From NCBI GenBank assembly GCA_021162545.1, contig JAGGYM010000058.1, forward strand, positions 1 to 57,712: a DNA stretch of 57,712 nt. Direction: 5' to 3'. The position numbers were made by a program, and so were the translations under genes. Below are positions 9,771 through 16,579 of the stretch, one piece after another; positions within the stretch are counted from its first letter, which is position 1; every line of letters starts with the position of its first letter. The DNA comes from Dehalococcoidia bacterium. GTDB taxonomy: Bacteria; Chloroflexota; Dehalococcoidia; GIF9; AB-539-J10. The notes beneath the pieces were generated by a model that was given only the letters and a program-made list of their open reading frames with translations, had not been told where the DNA came from and did not search any database.

Positions 9771-9821
9771 ATGCTACGTGGGTGTGGTGTGTGTGGATGG
9801 GATAGCAATGCTTGCGGGTAA
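9771..9821 (+). CDS. Putative Cys-rich leader peptide uORF1, copy 1 (MLRGCGVCGWDSNACG)
   Basis: Strong AAGGAGG SD 5 nt before the ATG; same length and Cys/Trp positions as copy 2. Confidence 0.65.
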   Translation: MLRGCGVCGWDSNACG

Positions 9822-9863
9822 CGAATTATTTCTCAGCTTCTCATTGCCAGTAGAGTATCTGTT

Positions 9864-9962
9864 ATGCAATTTTTAATCTGCTCCAAACCTGCCAGGGACC
9901 CTGATTTCCCATCGTTCTCTTCCTTTCCCGTCGCATTCCCCAAATTCCTCAAGTACAGCTAG
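9864..9962 (+). CDS. Putative leader peptide uORF2, copy 1 (MQFLICSKPARDPDFPSFSSFPVAFPKFLKYS)
   Basis: 26/32 aa identical to copy 2, with three synonymous codon changes and no indels. Confidence 0.5.
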   Translation: MQFLICSKPARDPDFPSFSSFPVAFPKFLKYS

Positions 9963-9971
9963 CTGCGCCTA

Positions 9972-10006
9972 TCCCGGGGCTCATTTTTTGCCGCCGGGAA
10001 TTTTTT
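9972..10006 (+). terminator. Putative attenuator (intrinsic terminator in the leader), copy 1
   Basis: TCCCGG-GGC...GCC-G-CCGGGA stem followed by ATTTTTT, just upstream of the SBP SD. Confidence 0.6.
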
Positions 10007-10028
10007 ATCATAAATAAAGGAGGTAAGT

Positions 10029-11060
10029 ATGAAACATAAGACAAGTATCAAGGTCTTGATGGTCGTTCTGTGTGCCCTGCTGCTCCCCATGGCCATGATT
10101 GGCTGCTCTCCAGCATCGGAACCAACGCCAACGCCAACACAGGCAGGCCCCATCGTCTTTGGCGACATCAGTTGGGACAGCGCTCAGGTGCACAACCGTA
10201 TCGCCGCTTTTATCCTGGAGAATGGCTATGGCTACGAACCAGATTATATTCCTGGTGATACAGCCCCCCTGTGGATGGGTTTGGAGAAGGGTGACGTTGA
10301 CGTGATAATGGAATCCTGGACGGAAAACATACTTGAGATTTACAACAAAGCCATCGACTCTGGTGCCGCAGTCGATCTGGGGAGTAACTATCCCGACAGC
10401 GGGCAGGGGTGGTTGGTGCCCACCTACATGATTAAAGGCGACGCTGAACGCGGAATAGAGGCTACAGCTCCAGACCTCAAGACCGTTTTCGACCTGCCTC
10501 AGTACTGGGAGCTGTTCAAGGACCCGGAGGTACCTACCAAGGGGCGTTTTTTCAACTCCATCCCCGGATGGCAGTGCACCGAGATAAACAGCATCAAACT
10601 CAAGACCTATGGCCTGGATGAATCTTTCAATGACTTTCTTACCGGGTCGGGTGCAGCCCTGTCCGGTTCCATGGTCAGCGCCTATGAAAAGGGCGAGCCC
10701 TGGGTAGGATACTACTGGGAACCGACCTGGATACTGGGCAAGCTTGACATGACTTATCTGGAAGAACCGCCCTTTGACCAGTCAGAGTGGGATAACAAGA
10801 CCTATGGCTGTGCCTATAGTCCTGTCCAGGTCAACATCATCGTCAACACCGATTTTGCTGACAGCAATCCTCAGGTGGTGGAATTTCTCAGCAACTATGA
10901 GACTACCACCGCTATGGTAAACCAAGTCCTGTCCTATATGCAGGAGAACGAGGCAAGCACGAATGAAGCTGCCATCTGGTTCCTGCAGGAAAACGAAGAC
11001 CTGTGGACCAAATGGGTATCGCCAGAGGTGGCAGCCAAGGTCAAGGCTGCTCTACCATAG
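10029..11060 (+). CDS. Glycine betaine/choline-family ABC substrate-binding lipoprotein (ProX/OpuAC-like)
   Basis: Lipobox MIGC, PT linker, SWDS, MESW, GWLVPTY, PGWQC and GYYWEPTW motifs. Confidence 0.9.
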   Translation: MKHKTSIKVLMVVLCALLLPMAMIGCSPASEPTPTPTQAGPIVFGDISWDSAQVHNRIAAFILENGYGYEPDYIPGDTAPLWMGLEKGDVDVIMESWTENILEIYNKAIDSGAAVDLGSNYPDSGQGWLVPTYMIKGDAERGIEATAPDLKTVFDLPQYWELFKDPEVPTKGRFFNSIPGWQCTEINSIKLKTYGLDESFNDFLTGSGAALSGSMVSAYEKGEPWVGYYWEPTWILGKLDMTYLEEPPFDQSEWDNKTYGCAYSPVQVNIIVNTDFADSNPQVVEFLSNYETTTAMVNQVLSYMQENEASTNEAAIWFLQENEDLWTKWVSPEVAAKVKAALP

Positions 11061-11150
11061 ATGCGGGACTGACACTATAGATAAAAGTGCAACATGGTAA
11101 AGGTAAACCTCTCCTTGAGAGAGAGTTTCACCATAAGTTTGCGGACATGA

Positions 11151-11189
11151 GAGACTGTTCGGTGTTATGCCGAACAGTCTCCCTTCTTA
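11151..11189 (+). terminator. Probable terminator hairpin after SBP copy 1
   Basis: GAGACTGTTCGG...CCGAACAGTCTC 12-bp stem followed by a pyrimidine tail. Confidence 0.6.
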
Positions 11190-11384
11190 TCGAGGCGCAG
11201 CGGTGGCAGAGGATTCTTTGATGCCCATATATACCTGAAGGCAGGATGAGGCAAGTTCGTATAGAGCCTCGACTGGTCGCTTTGACAGCGATGCGCCAGA
11301 TTGGCTAAAATGAAAACCTCGTTAGTTCAGGATGGGCTGGTTGTTCCGAACACCGGGGCAGAAATAAAATAAAAGGAGGATTTT

Positions 11385-11435
11385 ATGTGGTATGTGTGTG
11401 ATGTGTGCGTGTGGTGCAGTTATACTTGCGGGTGA
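11385..11435 (+). CDS. Putative Cys-rich leader peptide uORF1, copy 2 (MWYVCDVCVWCSYTCG)
   Basis: AAGGAGG SD; C5, V7, C8, W10, S12, C15 and G16 conserved with copy 1. Confidence 0.65.
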   Translation: MWYVCDVCVWCSYTCG

Positions 11436-11477
11436 CGGGCTATTCCTCAGCCTCCCGTTATCGGTGAAGTATTCGTT

Positions 11478-11576
11478 ATGCAATTTTTAATCTGCTCCAA
11501 ACCTGTCAGGGCTCCCAATTTCCCATCGCCCGATTCCTTTCCCGTCGCATTCCCCAAGTTCCTCAAATACAACTAG
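11478..11576 (+). CDS. Putative leader peptide uORF2, copy 2 (MQFLICSKPVRAPNFPSPDSFPVAFPKFLKYN)
   Basis: Same offset from uORF1 (93 nt) and same length as copy 1; SD-like GGTGA upstream. Confidence 0.5.
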   Translation: MQFLICSKPVRAPNFPSPDSFPVAFPKFLKYN

Positions 11577-11585
11577 CTGTGCCTG

Positions 11586-11618
11586 TCCTGGGGCTTGTTT
11601 TGACGCCGGGAATTTTTT
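11586..11618 (+). terminator. Putative attenuator, copy 2
   Basis: TCCTGG...CCGGGA stem (G-U-preserving change versus copy 1) followed by ATTTTTT. Confidence 0.55.
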
Positions 11619-11640
11619 GTCATAAATAAAGGAGGTAAGT

Positions 11641-12672
11641 ATGAAACGTAAATCAAGTATCAAGACCTTGATGGTCGTTCTGTGTGCCCTGCTGCTCCCC
11701 GTGGCCATGATTGGCTGCTCATCAACGCCAGCACCAGAACCGACTCCAACGCCAACGCCGACACCAGCACAGGCAGAAACTATTGTCTTCGATGACGCCG
11801 GCTGGGACAGCATCCAGGTGCACAACCGCATCGCCGGATTTATCCTGGAGAATGGTTATGAGGGTTACAAGGCCGAGTACATACCGGGGGAGACCATCAT
11901 GCTGTTTACAGGTTTGGCTCAGGGAGACATAGATATCTGTATGGAGAGCTGGGAAGAAAACATACAGGAAGTCTATGACAAAGCCCTCGCTGCCGGAGAA
12001 ATAATCGACCTGGGCAGCAACTTCAAAGACAGCTGGCAAGGATGGCTGGTGCCCACCTACATGATTGAGAACGGTGACCTGCCAGCAGGTATGTCCGTAG
12101 AGGATTTATCCGAATACTGGGAGCTATTCAAAGACCCTGAGGACCCAACCAAGGGGCGCTTTCACAGCTGTGTACCCGGATGGGGATGCCAGGAGATAAA
12201 CACCATCAAACTTAAGAGTTACGGACTGGATGAGTACTATGTTGATTTCCTGTGTGGCTCAGGTGCAGCGCTATCCGGTTCCATGATCAGCGCCTATGAA
12301 AAGGGCGAGCCCTGGCTGGGCTACTACTGGGAACCGACCTGGGTCCTGGGCAAAGTTGACATGACTCGCCTGGAAGAGCCTCCTTATAATCAGACGACAT
12401 GGGAGACCGACAAGACTTGCGCTTATCCTGCCGCCAAGGTTAATATCGTGGTCAATGCTGACTTTGCAGACAGGGCGCCTGATGTGGTGGAATTTCTCAG
12501 CAACTATGAAACCCTCACTGCTACGAACAATGCTGTCCTGGCCTATATGCAGGAGAACGAGGCAAGTACCGAGGAGGCTGCCATTTACTTCTTGCAGGAG
12601 TATGAGGATGTGTGGACTCAGTGGGTGCCGGCGGATGTAGCCAGCAAGGTCAAGGCTGCTCTGCCCCAGTAA
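11641..12672 (+). CDS. Glycine betaine/choline-family ABC substrate-binding lipoprotein, paralog 2
   Basis: Same motifs as 10029-11060 (GWDS, MESW, PGWGC, GYYWEPTW); longer PT linker. Confidence 0.9.
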   Translation: MKRKSSIKTLMVVLCALLLPVAMIGCSSTPAPEPTPTPTPTPAQAETIVFDDAGWDSIQVHNRIAGFILENGYEGYKAEYIPGETIMLFTGLAQGDIDICMESWEENIQEVYDKALAAGEIIDLGSNFKDSWQGWLVPTYMIENGDLPAGMSVEDLSEYWELFKDPEDPTKGRFHSCVPGWGCQEINTIKLKSYGLDEYYVDFLCGSGAALSGSMISAYEKGEPWLGYYWEPTWVLGKVDMTRLEEPPYNQTTWETDKTCAYPAAKVNIVVNADFADRAPDVVEFLSNYETLTATNNAVLAYMQENEASTEEAAIYFLQEYEDVWTQWVPADVASKVKAALPQ

Positions 12673-12751
12673 TTGCATACGACAGTAAACAGGTAATGTA
12701 TAGAGGATACTCCTCCCCTGTGGAGAGCAGAGTTATCCCTGTGACTTAGAG

Positions 12752-12790
12752 AAAGGCTGCACGGCTTTAGCCGTGCAGCCTTTTTTCTTC
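12752..12790 (+). terminator. Intrinsic terminator (possibly bidirectional)
   Basis: AAAGGCTGCACGGC-TTTA-GCCGTGCAGCCTTT plus T-run, between convergent genes. Confidence 0.85.
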
Positions 12791-12912
12791 GTGGAAGATG
12801 CTCAATAAATACCTGCACCGTCGCGAATGCAAAAGAGATGCTTGAGTTTACATAATAATTTAATGGTGCCTCAGTAAAGCCGTCTGCGCTGAGGTCACCA
12901 TGAAAGTCAATG

Positions 12913-14214
12913 CTACTCCCCTGAGTGAACGGGGTTCAGCTTGCGGGGGGCTACCAGCCACATGAGCACAGCAGCTGCAATGAGGCAGCACAGGAATATG
13001 ATAAAAGCTATGGCGTAGCTGCCGGTCCTGTCGTAAAGGAATCCCGCCAGCCAGGGGCTGATGGCACCTCCCAGGGCGAAGCCCATGACGATAAATCCCT
13101 GGATGGAGCCGAAATGCTTTCCGTGGAACAGGTCCGCCACCACAGCGTAGAAGATGGGCCCTGTGGCGCCGAAACTCAGGCCGCTGCAGATGGCAAAAAG
13201 GAAGGGCATCCATGGTTGGGAAGTGTCCTTTATCAGAAACAGCAAAATTGAAGATGCTGCGCCCAGGAGACAGGCCGGTATGAATATCTTTTCCCTTCCC
13301 ACGCGGTCTGAGAGAGGGCTGCAAAAGGTGCCGGCGACAAAGGCGATGCCAAATGAGCTGTAGATGGTAGCAGCCGTCATGGAGTCGTACCCGGCATCCT
13401 TGAAGAAGTAAACCTGGTGCGCTACCGCTATTTGCTGCGCCATGCCCAGGAGAAGGAAAGCCGTCAGGAAAAGCAACCAGAACTGGCGGGTTTTCAGTGC
13501 TCGCAGCAGCGTCCATCCTGTCCTGTTCCATGTTTCCTCTCCACTCGCTGTGAACTGAAGTGCGCCATGAGCTTCCCTTTCATCCGCTGCCCGTGGCGCC
13601 GCCTCCGGCATGCCATCCGCTAAAAGCCCCTTGTCGCGGGGGCTGCGTCGCATAAAGATGGCGCAGGCGGGTGCGATGATAACGATAACGGCAATTCCTA
13701 TCATGATGTAGGCGTTCCGCCAGCCGAAGCTGGAAATCAGGAACTGGGAGAGGTAGGCAAATACCATGCTGCCACCGAAGGCGGCTCCCAGGATGCCAAA
13801 GGCCAGGCCGCGCTTTTTTACAAACCAGTTGGCTACTATAGAGGTCATGGGATTCCACCCCGTTACGCTCATCCCTATGGCCACCATAATTCCATAGAGA
13901 AGGTAAAATTGCCACTGAGTTGTAGCCATGCTGCATAGCATGACGCCTGCCCCCGTGATGACAGCGCCTACTGTCAGAACCACTCTTGGATTAAATTTAT
14001 CTATCAGGATGCCCACTACCGGTGCGCTCAGTCCATAGACCAGGACGGCCAGGGAGAACATCACCGCCGTGTCTCCTCTTCCCCAGCCGAATTCCTCCAC
14101 GATGGCAGGATAAAATACCGAAAAGGAATTTCTGACGGCATAGCTGAGAATTATAGCGATGAAGGCCACTACCAGAATGACCCAGCCATAGAAGATGCCC
14201 CGTCCGTTGTTCAT
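12913..14214 (-). CDS. MFS transporter (oxalate/formate antiporter-like)
   Basis: IFYGW, GILIDKFNPR, NWFVKKRGLA and SDRVGR motifs; about 12 TM. Confidence 0.9.
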   Translation of the reverse strand: MNNGRGIFYGWVILVVAFIAIILSYAVRNSFSVFYPAIVEEFGWGRGDTAVMFSLAVLVYGLSAPVVGILIDKFNPRVVLTVGAVITGAGVMLCSMATTQWQFYLLYGIMVAIGMSVTGWNPMTSIVANWFVKKRGLAFGILGAAFGGSMVFAYLSQFLISSFGWRNAYIMIGIAVIVIIAPACAIFMRRSPRDKGLLADGMPEAAPRAADEREAHGALQFTASGEETWNRTGWTLLRALKTRQFWLLFLTAFLLLGMAQQIAVAHQVYFFKDAGYDSMTAATIYSSFGIAFVAGTFCSPLSDRVGREKIFIPACLLGAASSILLFLIKDTSQPWMPFLFAICSGLSFGATGPIFYAVVADLFHGKHFGSIQGFIVMGFALGGAISPWLAGFLYDRTGSYAIAFIIFLCCLIAAAVLMWLVAPRKLNPVHSGE

Positions 14215-14521
14215 TTTCTTCTCTCTATTACCCCGCAGCTCCGGTGATGCAGCGAATATCCTACAGGGAAGGAACAACAGCTACCACCGGCGCGAAACCT
14301 GCAACCCTTTCCCTTTTTCCCTGGGAAACACAATTGTAGCGCAATCCACCCCATGAGATACAGGTCGCAGCAGGCAAAATTATAGTTTGCTAATTTCTGT
14401 AGCCTCTTCCCGCATGTGTAATTTCCGACTCTGGGATATAATTAGGGACGAAACATGCCAGGAAAAGGTTATTCTGATGTAGTGCCATGCGGGTAAATAT
14501 TCTTTAATTGAAGGTGAACAG

Positions 14522-15214
14522 GTGATTAAAGCAGTTTTCTTCGACCTCTACCAGACCCTGATACACTATGACCCGCCTCGTGAAGAGCTCGAGCGCAAAG
14601 TGCTCAGCGAGTTTGGCATAGAGGTAACCCTGGAGACCATCCGCCACGCGATTTTTGCAGCCGATGAGTTCATGTATCAGGATCTTGCCCGGCTGTCATG
14701 GAATAAGCGGTCCGCAGAGGAGAAGGCCGCTCTCTATGGCCGGTACCAGGTCTGCTTGCTCAAGGAGGCAGGTGTGGGCGCATCGCAGCAACTGGTGAAG
14801 GAAATTACGCGCAAGATGCAGCAAATCGATTTCAAAAAGGTGTTGTTCGACGACGTCAAGCCCGTCCTGACCCTCCTGAGAGAGAGGGGACTTACTCTGG
14901 GCATGATTTCCAACGTGGATAACGATATAACTCCCATGTGCCGGGAGCTCGGTTTGTCCGAACTGCTCCAGATAGTGGTAACCTCGCAGGACGTGGGAGT
15001 CGGCAAGCCTCACCCTGAAATATTCCAGGAGGCTCTTAAGCAGGCGGAGGTGCAGGCTGACGAGGCGATTTACGTTGGAGACCAGTATCAGATCGATGTA
15101 GAAGGAGCTAATGCGGCCGGCATGAAGGGCGTACTGCTGGACCGCGGTGAAGCGAGAGAAACGGTCCCTTCTCCCAAAATCAAGGGCCTCATCGAGCTGA
15201 TAAATTTCCTTTGA
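14522..15214 (+). CDS. HAD-superfamily hydrolase (subfamily IA)
   Basis: FFDLYQTL, ISN, KPHPEIF, YVGD...DVEGA. Confidence 0.9.
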   Translation: MIKAVFFDLYQTLIHYDPPREELERKVLSEFGIEVTLETIRHAIFAADEFMYQDLARLSWNKRSAEEKAALYGRYQVCLLKEAGVGASQQLVKEITRKMQQIDFKKVLFDDVKPVLTLLRERGLTLGMISNVDNDITPMCRELGLSELLQIVVTSQDVGVGKPHPEIFQEALKQAEVQADEAIYVGDQYQIDVEGANAAGMKGVLLDRGEARETVPSPKIKGLIELINFL

Positions 15215-15227
15215 GGAAGGAGAGACA

Positions 15228-16337
15228 ATGACAGACCTGCGAATTGAGAAACTGGCTGACCTCTTGGTCAACTATTCCACGGCGGTGCGCCCGGGAGACA
15301 GGGTATTAATCAATGGAAGTGCGCTGGCTGAGCCACTGCTCAGGGCGGTTTACACCAGGGTTCTTGCGGCGGGAGGGCTTCCCCTGATGCAGATTTCCCT
15401 TAATGGAATGGACGAGCTGTTCTTTCGCCATGCTTCGGACGAACAGTTGCAACACGTGCCCGAGCCACTCAAGCTGGCAATGGAAACATACGATGTGCGC
15501 ATCGCCATCGCTGCGGAGGATAACACCAGAGCACTAACAGGAGTGGACTCTTCCCGCATGGTACTGTACCAGAAAGCGCGCACGGAGTTGATGAAGGCCT
15601 TCATGAGGCGCTCAGCCGCGGGTGAACTGCGCTGGACGGTAGCAATTTTTCCCACCAACGCCTATGCACAGGACGCCGAGATGAGCCTGGAAGAGTACGA
15701 GGATTTCGTTTATTCCGCCTGTCTGCCTGATATGGAAGACCCCGTGGGCTACTGGCGGCGCTTCTCTTCCTGGCAGCAGAAAATCGTGAACTGGCTCAGT
15801 GGAAAGAAGCGCATACACGTCGTCGGTCCCGGGACGGACCTCAGCCTCAACATTGATGGCCGCCTCTTCGTCAACTGCGATGGCCGGTACAATATGCCCG
15901 ATGGCGAAGTTTTCACCGGGCCTGTGGAGGACAGCGTCGAGGGCCATGTTTACTTCTCGTATCCTGCCGTATACGGGGGAAGGGAGGTGACGGGGGTGCG
16001 CCTGTGGTTTGAAGGCGGCTGGGTGGCGAAAGCAAGCGCCGAAAAGAACGAGGACTTCCTGCTCAAGACCATCGACACCGACGAGGGTGCCAGGCGAGTG
16101 GGCGAGTTCGCCATCGGCACCAGCGAAGGCATCACGCGCTTCACGAAGCAAATTCTCTTTGACGAGAAGCTAAGCGGCAGTTTTCACCTTGCTCTGGGAG
16201 AGGGTTATCCCGAGACGGGCAGCAAGAACGAGTCGGCAATTCACTGGGACATGATTTGCAATCTGCGCGAGGGAGGAGAGATACGGGTGGACGACGAGTT
16301 GCTCTACCGCAATGGTAAATTTGTAATTGAGTTCTAA
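15228..16337 (+). CDS. Aminopeptidase, M29 (AmpS/PepS) family
   Basis: NMPDGEVFTGP, GEFAIG, LFDEK, HLALGEGY, SAIHWDMI. Confidence 0.93.
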   Translation: MTDLRIEKLADLLVNYSTAVRPGDRVLINGSALAEPLLRAVYTRVLAAGGLPLMQISLNGMDELFFRHASDEQLQHVPEPLKLAMETYDVRIAIAAEDNTRALTGVDSSRMVLYQKARTELMKAFMRRSAAGELRWTVAIFPTNAYAQDAEMSLEEYEDFVYSACLPDMEDPVGYWRRFSSWQQKIVNWLSGKKRIHVVGPGTDLSLNIDGRLFVNCDGRYNMPDGEVFTGPVEDSVEGHVYFSYPAVYGGREVTGVRLWFEGGWVAKASAEKNEDFLLKTIDTDEGARRVGEFAIGTSEGITRFTKQILFDEKLSGSFHLALGEGYPETGSKNESAIHWDMICNLREGGEIRVDDELLYRNGKFVIEF

Positions 16338-16579
16338 ACGCGTTTTTCCCGGAATCAAGCCACAAGCCCTCATGGAACAGACTGACATATAATACAATTA
16401 CTTTATGCCATTGTATGGAGGAACAGATTCGGGAGAAAACGGCCGGTGCTGCCTCGGAGAATGCGCAGACCAGTACTTTTATGCCATTGGCAAATGATTG
16501 CCGCCTGTGTGACACTAACGGCAGGAAGCGGCGTTCGCGCCGCAAGGGAAAGAATTTTTAACTTCAGGAGGTAAACCCG

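Larger units (their letters stand above)
9669..10028 (+). repeat. ~360-bp regulatory leader, copy 1 (diverged direct repeat of 11282-11640)
   Basis: Long identical blocks, e.g. CACCGGGGCAGAAATAAAATAAAAGGAGGATTTTATG, GTTATGCAATTTTTAATCTGCTCCAAACCTG and ATAAATAAAGGAGGTAAGTATGAAAC. Confidence 0.95.
11282..11640 (+). repeat. ~360-bp regulatory leader, copy 2
   Basis: Aligns by eye with 9669-10028; TTGACA-18 bp-TAAAAT promoter at 11282-11311. Confidence 0.95.

Noticed and set aside
9960-10012. TAG at the end of uORF2 as pyrrolysine read-through
   Set aside because: The downstream frame is not conserved between copies (an indel and an early TGA in copy 2), and no pyl genes are in the window.
10121-10141. 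Short tandem repeat CCAACG (also ~11736-11768)
   Set aside because: Encodes an ordinary Pro-Thr lipoprotein linker; not a CRISPR array or contingency locus.
11433-11435. In-frame TGA between uORF1 and uORF2 as selenocysteine read-through giving one 63-aa peptide
   Set aside because: Copy 1 has TAA at the same position and the intervening codons are poorly conserved, so it is best read as a true stop.
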